From NCBI GenBank assembly GCA_963793875.1, contig CAWCBS010000007.1, positions 23,489-87,488 of the forward strand: 64,000 nucleotides of DNA, read 5' to 3'. Positions within the stretch are counted from its first letter, which is position 1. Each line of letters begins with the position of its first letter. The notes beneath the pieces are model-generated. The model searched no databases and had not been told where the DNA came from. It saw only the letters and a program-made list of their open reading frames with translations. Shown here one piece after another: positions 1-8,949 of the stretch. Made by a program: the position numbers and the translations under genes. The stretch comes from an uncultured Chloroflexia bacterium (GTDB taxonomy: Bacteria > Chloroflexota > Dormibacteria > Aeolococcales > Aeolococcaceae).

Positions 1-22
1 AGGACGGTCACTTGACCTCCCG

Positions 23-589
23 TTAGAGCGCCCGATGATCTGGAGGTGTGGCGTCCTCGCCGAGAGCCACCAGCCTCGTCTCAAGCTCGGGGTGGCCCGC
101 GAATTTGCTCACGAGCTCGGCCGGCCCGCCGATGCACGTCCAGTCGTCGTCCCACAGCGTGGATAAGAGCCAGGAGTGGTCGGCAGGGAACATCAAGTCC
201 GGCAAGGGCCCGTTCCAGAACGGCCCCGGGCCGCTTCGGCGCCAGGTGGCGGCCTGCTCCGCCCCAGCCTCGACGAGCACGTAATGCCACCCCGCGTACA
301 AGGTCACCTTCGGCGCGTCGGGGAAGACGATGTCATTGGCGCCCGTGTCGAGATAACCAAGCCACCACGACTGGTCTGCTGACTGCTCGCCAAGCAGGGC
401 CAGAATGGCCCGGTCATGCCTGTCCCACGCTTCAGCGTCGTGCGGGAGCACCACCGTGGCATAGGCCTCGAACGTGGGCGGGATGGCGGCGGTGATGGTC
501 CGGCCTTCGGATGTTCCGCTGGCGATCCACGCGACCTCGACGTCTGTCCCGATACGCCAGGCACCGTCGTCCCGGCTCCGCCTGACCAT
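23..589 (-). CDS. hypothetical protein
   Basis: 188-aa ORF with balanced composition, longer and more protein-like than overlapping frames; family not recognised. Confidence 0.55.
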   Translation of the reverse strand: MVRRSRDDGAWRIGTDVEVAWIASGTSEGRTITAAIPPTFEAYATVVLPHDAEAWDRHDRAILALLGEQSADQSWWLGYLDTGANDIVFPDAPKVTLYAGWHYVLVEAGAEQAATWRRSGPGPFWNGPLPDLMFPADHSWLLSTLWDDDWTCIGGPAELVSKFAGHPELETRLVALGEDATPPDHRAL

Positions 590-794
590 GCCTCCAGCTT
601 AGATGCTGTCAGCCATGGCCCGAGAATCCCTGTAGCCTTCCCGGAGAGTCCATCGCGTCCGATCGGATCGAAGCGCCTGATACAAGTGAGGTTGCATAAC
701 ACTGAGCTGGCCCAGACTGACCACGCCAGGGTGCCCCCGGGGTGTCCGGTCGTCGGGCCAGATGCTGCTAGCAGAACCCCGCGGGGAACGGCCA

Positions 795-930
795 GAGACC
801 TTTCTATCCCAACCACTTCCTAACGTGGCAGGCGGCCGGTGCTTTGCACCTTCATTCACGAGGCAGATGGTGCAAATGAATTCGCAAGGTACTATGCGAT
901 CGCCTAATCAATAGACTGGCCGCCTTCTAG
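795..930 (+). repeat. dispersed ~135-bp repeat, copy 1 (similarity to copy 4 extends upstream to ~704)
   Basis: gagacctttctatcccaaccacttcctaacgtggcaggcggccggtgctttgca...gccgccttctag; matches copies at 4282, 5411 and 8678. Confidence 0.85.
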
Positions 931-2586
931 CCTCGATCTTTCAGTAAGGGCCGCCGACAGCGGTGGATGACGGATCGGAGGCGATCACCGGCAGGTGTTG
1001 GAAGAGCCAGGCCTGCCGATGACGAGGATCGGCGTGGTCGGGTGCGGCCACGACGGGACGGCAGCGGTGTGGGCGGAGAACATAGCCGCTGGTGGGGTCG
1101 CCGAAGAGCTCGGCCGGGGAAGCGTGCGGAGTCGGGGTCAGGCGGCGGGGAGGGAGCGCATTCGCTCGAACGCTGAACCGAGCAGCCCCGCCCAGGGCCA
1201 GCAGCGCTGCCGACGCAGGTACAGCCGTCGCCCACTCCGGGCCAGGCGGGCAGCGACGTGGAAGAGGCAGTAGCGGAGGCGCTTCGGTTCCCAGTGGGCG
1301 GCCTCGCCGGTGAGGCAGAGGCGCTGTGTCCAGGCGACCAGGTCCTGGGCGACCAGCACCAGTTCGAGCCAGACCTCGTTGGCCGCGAAGTCGCGGAAGG
1401 GCAGGTTGCGCAGCCCCGATGCCTTGCCGCAGCGGATGCGGTCCTCGACCCGGGCGTGGGCGCGGTGACGCGCCTCCAGGGCCGCCAGATCGGGGTCAGC
1501 CTGGTCGGTGATGAACACCTGAAAGCGAAACCCGTCGTGGTCGGTGAAGGAGAGTTGAGCGCCGGGATGGGGCCGCTCCCGCCGGCAGATGGCCCGAGTG
1601 GCGGTGGGCCAGGCGCTGAGGTCGAGATCGTGCAGCTCGCCGACGGCGGCACCGTCACGGGGGTCGCCGTCCTGGGTGATGGCGGGCACCCAGGCGTCCG
1701 GGGAAAGCGCAAGCACGGCCTCCCGAACCGGCTCGGTGAGGTCGAAGCCGACGGAGAAGAGCAGGCCGCGCTCCCGCAGGGCATCGAGGAAGTCGTGGGT
1801 GGCACCGGCGGAGTCCGCACGGGCCAGCATCGGCGGATCGTTCTCAGCCCGCGGCGGGAGCTGCCCGAGCGCGGCGTCGAGGACCCGGATGTGATCGCCG
1901 GCGTGGTTGGCGCCGGCATTGCCGGGACGGAGCAGCCCGGCGACGATCTCGTCGGTCTCGCCGACGCTGCAGAGCAGCGGATGGAAGCCGAAGCCGCGCT
2001 TGTACGTCCCGGCGGCGCCCTGCTTGTCCGAGTGGGCGGTGACCAGGGTGGCGTCGAAGTCGAGGGTGACGTGATCCGGACGGACGCCGTGCTTCCAAGC
2101 GTGAGCCCGAGCCTGGGCCCGGGCCTGGCGAACCGGAGCGAGGTCGAAGTCGGTGGCGAGTGCATCGATCACCCGCCAAGCGGTGGGGACCGAGGCCACT
2201 TCCCCGAAGAGGTTCGGCTGGTTGTGCAGGACCGTCAGGTCGGAGAGGCAGTCCCCACCGTCGGCGATGCTGACAGCGAGGTCACGCAGCACCTCACCGG
2301 GGTCATGAGCGCGCCGACGCTGCTTCAGGCAGGCGAGCCCCCGGGACAGCGCCGCGGTCAGCCCGACCCGGTCGGCCAACTCGACCAGAAGGTAGCTGCC
2401 GGCGTGAGAAACCACCCCGTCGCCGTCCGTCGTCACCACCGGTCGCGGCCGCTTGGTACCCTTCATCTTGAAAGTGCCCCCCTCTTCGGGATCCTCGAGC
2501 GTTCAGCAACCCGAGTATCCCTTGTCAGGTGGGGCACTTTCTCGTTCCCGCCCCAGCGGGCCAGCTACCTCAATGAAAGATCGAGG
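931..2586 (-). mobile_element. IS1380-family insertion sequence
   Basis: Terminal inverted repeats CCTCGATCTTTCA (931-943) / TGAAAGATCGAGG (2574-2586), flanked by direct repeats CTAG (927-930 and 2587-2590); contains an IS1380-like transposase. Confidence 0.9.
1138..2466 (-). CDS. IS1380-family transposase
   Basis: 442-aa ORF; MKGTKRPRPVVTTDGDGVVSHAGSYLLVELADRVGLTAALSRGLA, DFDATLVTAHSDKQGAAGTYKRGFGFHPL typical of IS1380/DDE_Tnp_1 transposases. Confidence 0.9.
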   Translation of the reverse strand: MKGTKRPRPVVTTDGDGVVSHAGSYLLVELADRVGLTAALSRGLACLKQRRRAHDPGEVLRDLAVSIADGGDCLSDLTVLHNQPNLFGEVASVPTAWRVIDALATDFDLAPVRQARAQARAHAWKHGVRPDHVTLDFDATLVTAHSDKQGAAGTYKRGFGFHPLLCSVGETDEIVAGLLRPGNAGANHAGDHIRVLDAALGQLPPRAENDPPMLARADSAGATHDFLDALRERGLLFSVGFDLTEPVREAVLALSPDAWVPAITQDGDPRDGAAVGELHDLDLSAWPTATRAICRRERPHPGAQLSFTDHDGFRFQVFITDQADPDLAALEARHRAHARVEDRIRCGKASGLRNLPFRDFAANEVWLELVLVAQDLVAWTQRLCLTGEAAHWEPKRLRYCLFHVAARLARSGRRLYLRRQRCWPWAGLLGSAFERMRSLPAA

Positions 2587-3354
2587 CTAGGCAGGCACCA
2601 CCTCCACCAATTGAACATCAGCGAAGCACCAGCGCAGCCAGAAGGTGCTCTCCACATCCCAGTGCATCGTCGCCAGACTACGATCGTGATCCGCTAGGCA
2701 AAGACCCTGCACCGCTGCGATTGCGGTGGCTGTCACGTGCACCCCCTCGTAATCCTGCGATGCGGCGATCCAGTTGGGAAAGATAAGGCCATCCAGCTCC
2801 GTCGCATAAGAATGGACAAAGTCCATCCAGTCAGATGCCGTCGCCACCTCACGTATCCTTGCCCTCGAATCCACTCCGACGGACCAAACATGCCAGGGTC
2901 GCGAGTCGATGCCATACAGATCGAGATACACTCGCCACATCCCTTGGGCCCCGAGAACGCCGCTGCAAGTGAACAATCCGACCCGGAAGGGCTTCGTGCT
3001 CGGCTTCCCCGCCAGTTTGCCCACAGGGGTGAAGTGCTCCTCTGCCAAGATGGGAACTCCGGGTGCCAAATGAGCGGGTCTCCTCCGGGAGATCCAGTAC
3101 TGGCCATCACGCCACAAGGGGCCGGTGACCACATGGGGAGATGAACGTCGGAGGTGGCGCAGAAGACGGCATCGCGCTAGACATTGGTCGGCATCGGCGG
3201 GCGCCACCGTTAGCATGTCAGAGGGGTTCCGGGGGTCCGCGCTCGTCGCACCGACCATGACGTCGATAAACCGCGCTATGTCTCCGTTGGGGGGGGGCAC
3301 ACCCTGGGCGTCGAATGCCTCCATCCTGCGCAGGAGGTAAGCGATGCCGTCCAC
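2587..3354 (-). CDS. hypothetical protein
   Basis: 255-aa ORF; its TAG stop codon lies inside the CTAG target duplication of the adjacent IS1380 element. Confidence 0.5.
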   Translation of the reverse strand: MDGIAYLLRRMEAFDAQGVPPPNGDIARFIDVMVGATSADPRNPSDMLTVAPADADQCLARCRLLRHLRRSSPHVVTGPLWRDGQYWISRRRPAHLAPGVPILAEEHFTPVGKLAGKPSTKPFRVGLFTCSGVLGAQGMWRVYLDLYGIDSRPWHVWSVGVDSRARIREVATASDWMDFVHSYATELDGLIFPNWIAASQDYEGVHVTATAIAAVQGLCLADHDRSLATMHWDVESTFWLRWCFADVQLVEVVPA

Positions 3355-3393
3355 GGGCTTACCCGCCCCCCAATGACTACTTACTCTGTCAAC

Positions 3394-3984
3394 TCAGCAC
3401 TGAATGAAGATGTAGGGGCTTTGAACCTCGGCAAACTGCGGATTCGGTTCGTATCCAGGCGGGAACGTGTTGGTTATCGAAGTGAACGCGTCCCACACAT
3501 CCGCAGTTGGTGTCGGGCAAGGCGCCACGGCAGTACCATTCTTGTTCGCGGTACCGTAGCTTGTTGACGGCTGGGGTCCGTACAACGTGCCAGCTGTCTC
3601 GTCGTACAGGTACATGTCAATGGCGATGTTCGCCATGGGAGCTGAACACGTCTCTCGAAACAGGGCATCGACAGTATCAGGCACGTGATAGGACGCATGG
3701 GGGTACATCTGTTGCGCGTTGCACGTGATGATGTTATCAGCCGCGGCGAGCCCTGTCGCGGGGCTCGTCGATCGTGTTGCGGTGAAGGTGAGCGCGGAGG
3801 GAAGTCCCTGGGGTATCAGCGGGTCTCCGGGGGCCAGCGGGGATATCGACGCACCAGTCGACGGAGGGGCAGCTGCAGCCGGGGCTGCCAAGACGACGCC
3901 CGTGAATGAGAGCAACAACAGCATGCCCAAGAGTGCCTGGCTCAGTTTCGCGCGCTGTCTCACCATGGTCCGTCTCCTTGGCAC
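3394..3984 (-). CDS. putative secreted protein
   Basis: 196 aa with N-terminal signal peptide (QRAKLSQALLGMLLLLSFTGVVLAAPAAAAPP); no family recognised. Confidence 0.55.
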   Translation of the reverse strand: MPRRRTMVRQRAKLSQALLGMLLLLSFTGVVLAAPAAAAPPSTGASISPLAPGDPLIPQGLPSALTFTATRSTSPATGLAAADNIITCNAQQMYPHASYHVPDTVDALFRETCSAPMANIAIDMYLYDETAGTLYGPQPSTSYGTANKNGTAVAPCPTPTADVWDAFTSITNTFPPGYEPNPQFAEVQSPYIFIQC

Positions 3985-4095
3985 GGTTCCCTGTCGCTGA
4001 CATGGGGAAGCGACAGTCTAGGTGGCGGCGTCCAGCCGAAACCGGAGCGGACCTAAAGTACCACAGCTTACCTAACGTGTCTAGTAGGGGCCAGC

Positions 4096-4221
4096 GTCTA
4101 CAGCGTCTATCTCGGCTTCGAGGACGCGATGACCGGCCGCTGGGTGGGGGACGACCAAACGATCTGGACCACGACCGACGGCGGGAACACCTGGACGGCG
4201 CGGACGTTCGCGATCGGGTAG
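4096..4221 (+). pseudogene. C-terminal remnant of a BNR/Ycf48-like repeat protein
   Basis: Reads VYSVYLGFEDAMTGRWVGDDQTIWTTTDGGNTWTARTFAIG*; TTDGGNTWT is a BNR-type motif; no upstream N-terminus. Confidence 0.5.
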
Positions 4222-4281
4222 GTGGCGATCCCCAGGCACCGGCAGCGGTTGCCCTAGCCCGAAAGCGCCCGCGCAGAGCCC

Positions 4282-4395
4282 GGAAACCTTTCTATCCCAA
4301 CCACTTCCTAACGTGGCAGGCGGCCGCTGCTTTGCAGCTTCATTGACGAGGCAGATGATGTACCTGAATTCGCGAGGTACTAAGCGACCGCCTTC
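4282..4395 (+). repeat. dispersed repeat, copy 2 (shorter right end)
   Basis: ggaaacctttctatcccaaccacttcctaacgtggcaggcggccgctgctttgcagcttcattgacgaggcagatgatgtacctgaattcgcgaggtactaagcgaccgccttc. Confidence 0.85.
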
Positions 4396-5295
4396 GACGT
4401 GCTGGGCGCCGTGACCTCGACCGGCGGTGTCACCTCTCTTGCCTACGGGTTCGTGCGGGCGGCGAGCAACGGCTGGGGCGACGTGCTGACCATCGGCGCG
4501 TTCGCGGTCGGCATGGTGCTGCTCGGCCTGTTCATCACCATCGAGAGGCGCGCCGCGGAGCCGATCACACCGCTGCAACTCTTTGCCGACCGCAGCCGCA
4601 ACGCCTCGTACGTGGCGCGGCTCTTCCTCGTGGCCGGCATGTTCGGGATGTTCTTCTTCCTCACGCAGTTCCTCCAGGACGTGCTCGGGTACGACCCACT
4701 CCAGACCGGCCTGGCCTTCCTGCCCTTCAGCGTGGCGCTCTTCGTCATGTCCCAGCTCAGCGCGCGGCGGTTGATCGAGCGCTTCGGCGGCAAGCCGCTG
4801 ATGGTGGCGGGCATCAGCCTCTCGACCCTCGCGATGCTCCTCATGACGCAGCTGTCGGCATCCAGCACCTATCTCTTCGTGCTGATCCCTGTGCTGCTGT
4901 TCGGGACCGGCAACGGGCTCGCGTTCGTGCCTCTGACGAGCGCCTCCCTGGCCGGGGTGCGCCGGGGGGACGCCGGCGCGGCGTCGGGGCTGGTCAACGT
5001 GATGCAGCAGATGGGCGGTGCGCTGGGTCTCGCGGTGCTGGTGTCGGTGTTCGGCTCGGCCGGCCACGTGATCGCGGGTCAGTCGGCGGCAAACGCGCGG
5101 GCCGCGTTCGTGGTCGGCGCAGACCACGCTTTCATCGCTTCCACGCTGTTCGTCGGTGCGACGGTGCTCGTACTGGCGGTGGCGATTCGCGGGCGGCGCG
5201 CGACCGCCCGCGCCGCCGCGGCCGCTGTTGTCGAGCCGGAGTGGGTGCGCGAGCTGGGTCCTGCTGCGGCGGTGCCGGAGGCCGCTGAGGCCTGA
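4393..5295 (+). pseudogene. MFS transporter, DHA2/EmrB-like, N-terminally truncated
   Basis: Reads FDVLGAVTSTGGVTSLAYGFVRAASNGWGDVLTIG...AGMFGMFFFLTQFLQDVLGYDPLQTGLAFLPF, i.e. the C-terminal half of a 14-TM drug transporter, fused directly to repeat copy 2. Confidence 0.8.
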
Positions 5296-5354
5296 TCGCT
5301 GCCGATGGGCGGCTGGCCCGGCCAACCGGCAGAGCCCGGGGGTAGGATCGGGTG

Positions 5355-5410
5355 GTGGCGACGATCCTCGTCTACCTTGTGGCCGGGCTGGTCGCCCTCT
5401 GGGGACGGCC
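5355..5410 (+). pseudogene. N-terminal stub of a putative membrane protein interrupted by repeat copy 3
   Basis: GTG start then MATILVYLVAGLVALWGR, running into the repeat. Confidence 0.35.
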
Positions 5411-5547
5411 AGAAACCTTTCTATCCCATCTACTTCCTAACGTGGCAGGCGGCCGGTGCTTTGCAGCTTCATTGGCGAGGCAGATGGTGCATCTGAATTC
5501 GCGAGGTACTAAGCAACCGCCTAATCAATAGGCCAGCCGCCTTCTAA
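5411..5547 (+). repeat. dispersed repeat, copy 3
   Basis: agaaacctttctatcccatctacttcctaacgtggcaggcggccggtgctttgcagcttcattggcgaggcagatggtgcatctgaattcgcgaggtactaagcaaccgcctaatcaataggccagccgccttctaa; contains perfect hairpin CAGAT-GGTGC-ATCTG. Confidence 0.9.
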
Positions 5548-5583
5548 GCGCGCAGGTCGCAGGTTCGAGTCCTGCAGGGGGTA
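5541..5583 (+). pseudogene. tRNA 3' half (anticodon TCT, Arg-like), 43 nt
   Basis: CTTCTAA-GCGCG-CAGGTC-GCAGG-TTCGAGT-CCTGC-AGGGGGT-A: anticodon loop, perfect T-arm, 3' acceptor strand and discriminator; no 5' half nearby. Confidence 0.75.
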
Positions 5584-5812
5584 GTGCTCCGGTGTATGGA
5601 TCCGCATTCCAGACACTGCCATCGAGGCCGTGAAGATCCCGGAGGTGTCGTCAGCATCCACCTTGGGCGACGCAGTTGGGGTCCCCGAGAAGTCGCCTGA
5701 TAGCGGCGTCGGCCGTTGGGCGGCCAGGCACGGGCTGCTGAGTGACCACGGCCTCATTCATCGCTATGAGATTACCGATCGGCCACCCTGGGCCGGGGTC
5801 GCGTGCGCTACG

Positions 5813-6124
5813 TCAAGCAGCCTTGCGAGGTGGCCTCGCCGCAACCTGCAGACGCACTCCGACTGCGGCTGCGAACCGCGCCACGGTGGAGATACGGGCG
5901 TCCAGCGCTCCGCCCTCCATCCGGGCCACCGCGGACTCCGAGGTCCCCATCCGAGCCGCTACGGCTGCGCGGCTCAGCCCCGCCGCCTTCCGCGCCGCCT
6001 TGAGTCGGGTCATGATCGCCAGCCGCTCCTCGGCAGCAGCCAGGGCAACCGGAAACTCCGGGTCCGTCGCCGACCAGTCGGCGATCAGAGCCTCGAGGTC
6101 GTCGCGCTCGTCGTCGTTGCGCAT
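5813..6124 (-). CDS. XRE/HigA-like helix-turn-helix antitoxin
   Basis: MRNDDERDDLEALIADWSATDPEFPVALAAAEERLAIMTRLKAARKAAGLSRAAVAARMGTSESAVARMEGGALDARISTVARFAAAVGVRLQV; classic HTH_3. Confidence 0.8.
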   Translation of the reverse strand: MRNDDERDDLEALIADWSATDPEFPVALAAAEERLAIMTRLKAARKAAGLSRAAVAARMGTSESAVARMEGGALDARISTVARFAAAVGVRLQVAARPPRKAA

Positions 6125-6166
6125 GATCTCATTCCTACCTAATTGAGCATACCTCATCTGGTCTGC

Positions 6167-6370
6167 TCACCCTTGCTGGTCACGCGCCCGCCACTCGGCC
6201 AGGCGCCGCTCGGCCAGCCGGCTCGCCTCCGGCGGGGTCCGCTGCGTCTTCTTGTGCAGGGCCTCCAGGGCGAGCAGGACCCGCCCCCGCCCCTCCTGCG
6301 CGAAGAGCACCCGGAAGCTCTGGCGATCACCCTCCCCCCGCACCTCGTGGATCTCCCCCGGAGGTGGCGA
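6167..6370 (-). pseudogene. HigB/Gp49-like RelE-family toxin, 5'-truncated or frameshifted
   Basis: Minus frame reads PPPGEIHEVRGEGDRQSFRVLFAQEGRGRVLLALEALHKKTQRTPPEASRLAERRLAEWRARDQQG*, the C-terminal part of HigB-like toxins, directly upstream of the HigA-like gene. Confidence 0.6.
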
Positions 6371-6471
6371 GCTGCGGTCACGCCCTCCCGCACCACCCTG
6401 GCGAAGGCAAGTTAGTGAGAGTCATTCACGCTCGCGTGCTAAGGTTGAATAAGCGACCGAGTTGTTCAAGG

Positions 6472-7782
6472 ATGACGCTGATGCCCGAGTACGTCAATCG
6501 GATCTGGGAGCCGCCGAGTGAGACCGGGGCGATCCTGCCCCGTCGGGACCGAGTGAGCGTTCGGTTCCGCGCGTTCGTCCCGGACCCAATTGCGGATCTG
6601 GACGTGCGGACCTCCGCGGAGACCGGAGGGGCGCTCGAGGCAGCGGAAGAGGCGATCCGCCGGCTGGACGGGCAAGCTCGGCAGGTGGCGCCGCTGGAGG
6701 CGCTGTCACGCCTTCTCCTCCGCGCCGAGGGCATCAGCTCGTCGCGCATCGAGGGCTTGGTCGTCGGGCACCGGCAGCTTGCCGAGGCTCTCTTCGACCC
6801 GGTACATTCGCGCGCGGTGGCGCGCGACGTGGTCGGGAACGTTCTGGCCATCGGGGCGGCGATCGATATCGGGGCGGGAGCTGCTCCATTCACGCCGGAG
6901 GTGCTGCTGAGCATCCACGGGACGCTGCTGGGTGCGGGCGCGAGCGGGGGTGGGCGCTTCCGCACGGTGCAGAACTGGATCGGGTCGGCGACGTCGGTGT
7001 CGCCGCGTACGGCGGAGTTCATCCCGCCACCGGAGGGCGAAGTGCCGCGGCTCGTGTCGGACCTGTGTGCGTTCCTGGCTCGGCGCGACGTCTCGCCGCT
7101 GGCCCAGGCGGCGATCGCGCACGCGCAGTTCGAGACGATCCACCCGTTCGAGGATGGGAACGGGAGGGTGGGCAGGGCCCTGATCCACGCGGTGCTGCAG
7201 CGCCGGCGCGTGGTGGAGCGCCAGGTCCCCCCGCTGAGCATCGTGCTCGCGGCTAACCCGCGGACCTACATCGGCGGGCTGACGAGCTTCCGGGAGGGCG
7301 ATCGCGAGGCGTGGCTCGGCATAGCCGCGCGAACGGCGCTGGTTGCCTGCAGAGGCACGGAGCGGTTCCTCTCGGCGGTGAGCGACTTGCAGGTCGTGTG
7401 GCTGGAGCGGGCGGGGCTACCGCGGCGCGATTCGAGTGCACGGCGGCTCATTGAGCTGCTGCCGGGGATCCCGGTGCTTGATGTGCGGCTGGCAGCTGCG
7501 GAGCTGGGCGTGTCGTTCCAGTCAGCCAACGAGGCGGTGTCCCGGCTGGAGGCTGGCGGGGTCCTGCGTCGGCACGAGGTCGGCGCCCAGCGTGACCGGC
7601 GCTGGAGCGCGCCAGAACTCTTCGAGCTGTTGGATAGCTTCCAGTGGGAGACGAGCGGCCCTGCTGTCGAGCTGGACGGCGTGGGGGAGCATCGGCCGTC
7701 TCCGCCGGGGAGCCACACGGGGCGCTGGCGTGTGAGGGGTGGGCGGGCCGGGGCGGAGGGGCACGGCTCCGCGCACCAGTGA
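6472..7782 (+). CDS. Fic family protein (putative AMP-transferase)
   Basis: Canonical Fic motif HPFEDGNGRVGR; upstream SSRIEG matches the (S/T)xxxE(G/N) autoinhibitory motif; C-terminal winged-helix-like region. Confidence 0.9.
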   Translation: MTLMPEYVNRIWEPPSETGAILPRRDRVSVRFRAFVPDPIADLDVRTSAETGGALEAAEEAIRRLDGQARQVAPLEALSRLLLRAEGISSSRIEGLVVGHRQLAEALFDPVHSRAVARDVVGNVLAIGAAIDIGAGAAPFTPEVLLSIHGTLLGAGASGGGRFRTVQNWIGSATSVSPRTAEFIPPPEGEVPRLVSDLCAFLARRDVSPLAQAAIAHAQFETIHPFEDGNGRVGRALIHAVLQRRRVVERQVPPLSIVLAANPRTYIGGLTSFREGDREAWLGIAARTALVACRGTERFLSAVSDLQVVWLERAGLPRRDSSARRLIELLPGIPVLDVRLAAAELGVSFQSANEAVSRLEAGGVLRRHEVGAQRDRRWSAPELFELLDSFQWETSGPAVELDGVGEHRPSPPGSHTGRWRVRGGRAGAEGHGSAHQ

Positions 7783-7792
7783 TGGCTACCGT

Positions 7793-8062
7793 ATGCCCCT
7801 CGAGGTTGGGATCGGCCGTGACGATCTCGTCTGGCCGGCGTTGTTCCGAACTCGCCAGATCGCCTTGGGCGACGTGCAGCAACTCCGCCGCACTCGCTGG
7901 CCTCAGGGGTTCGGCGTCCTAGTGCTCGCAGGAGGCGAGCGCATGCTGGTGCGAAAGCGCAAGGATTTCGTGGAGTTCGCGGTGGAGTTGGGTCGGCTCG
8001 TCCCCACTTTGCGGATCTCCGCCTGGCTCCCTCTCCGCAGGAAAGTTGAAGAGCGGACATGA
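7793..8062 (+). CDS. hypothetical protein, possibly a fragment
   Basis: In-frame MPLEVGIGRDDLVWPALFRTRQIALGDVQQLRRTRWPQGFGVLVLAGGERMLVRKRKDFVEFAVELGRLVPTLRISAW. Confidence 0.3.
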   Translation: MPLEVGIGRDDLVWPALFRTRQIALGDVQQLRRTRWPQGFGVLVLAGGERMLVRKRKDFVEFAVELGRLVPTLRISAWLPLRRKVEERT

Positions 8063-8677
8063 GAACCGAGATGTCCAGCCTTGAAGTGGCGGCGACAGTA
8101 CCCGGGCCTGGGCCAAGGTGACCTCGCCATGCCGGGTGCTCCTTGCGCCGTCCCTCCCGGCGGACAGAAAGCTCAGGCGCTTTCGCGGCCGTCTCGGGGT
8201 TGAGCGAGCACGTCCGCGTAAGTAGCCGGAGCGGAGATCATGCCCAGCGGTCGCGTCTCGGATCTCCGCCGAGTGCTAGACACTCACGGCAAAGGCGTCC
8301 ACTGCCTCTCAAGCGGCGCCGGCCGCGCCTTCCACAGAGGGTCCGCGGCCGGAGGAGGCGGCCCACCCCCCGATAGTGGATGAGGCCATCGTCGGGGTTC
8401 GCGAGCATCTCCCGGCCCCCGAAGCCGATGAATGCCACCCATGGCTGAGCTGGAACGGGCACCTCTGGTTGGTCGGGGTTCGCCCCGGATTCAGGCACCG
8501 ATACAGCGTACCGCCGGACCCTCCCCCGTCTGCCTCAAGCACCGCGCAGGGATGCCGTCGAGCTCCTCGAGGTAGCTTCAGCCATGCTCGCGTGGCCCAG
8601 GCTGACCACGCCAGAGGGTCACCGGGGTTCCCGGTCGTCAGGCCAATGCTGCCAGCAGAACTACGCGGGGACCGCTC

Positions 8678-8812
8678 GAGAACTTTCTATCCCATCTACT
8701 TCCTAACGTGGCAGGCGGCCGGTGCTTTGCAGCTTCATTGGCGAGGCAGATGGTGCATCTGAATTCGCGAGGTACTAAGCAACCGCCTAATCAATAGACC
8801 AGCCGCCTTCTA
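8678..8812 (+). repeat. dispersed repeat, copy 4 (similarity to copy 1 extends upstream to ~8588)
   Basis: gagaactttctatcccatctacttcctaacgtggcaggcggccggtgctttgcagc...agaccagccgccttcta; nearly identical to copy 3; right end interrupted by IS30. Confidence 0.9.
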
Positions 8813-8949
8813 ACAGGGGCCGGTTTCAATGTCGACGGTCACGCAATGAGGCCACTCACGGTCAGGTGATGAGGCCACTTGCGGTCACCTAATGGAGCCA
8901 CTCGCGGTCACCGAATGAGGCCACCCTCCTGACCTCATCAGACCGCCCG

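Noticed and set aside
1258-2697. 479-aa plus-strand ORF opposite the IS1380 transposase
   Set aside because: Antisense shadow; the transposase on the minus strand explains the region.
5541-5583. Functional tRNA-Arg gene
   Set aside because: No D-arm, 5' acceptor strand or matching 5' anticodon stem upstream; only the 3' half is present.
795-8812. Dispersed repeats as a CRISPR array or integron attC cassette array
   Set aside because: Spacing is kilobases, units are >110 bp, and no convincing GTTRRRY/RYYYAAC core pair or integrase gene is present.
8836-8940. Array-like repeats ggtcacgcaatgaggccact with regular spacing
   Set aside because: Considered as a CRISPR-like array, but these are the multiple terminal repeats characteristic of IS21-family ends and recur inverted at 11470-11541.
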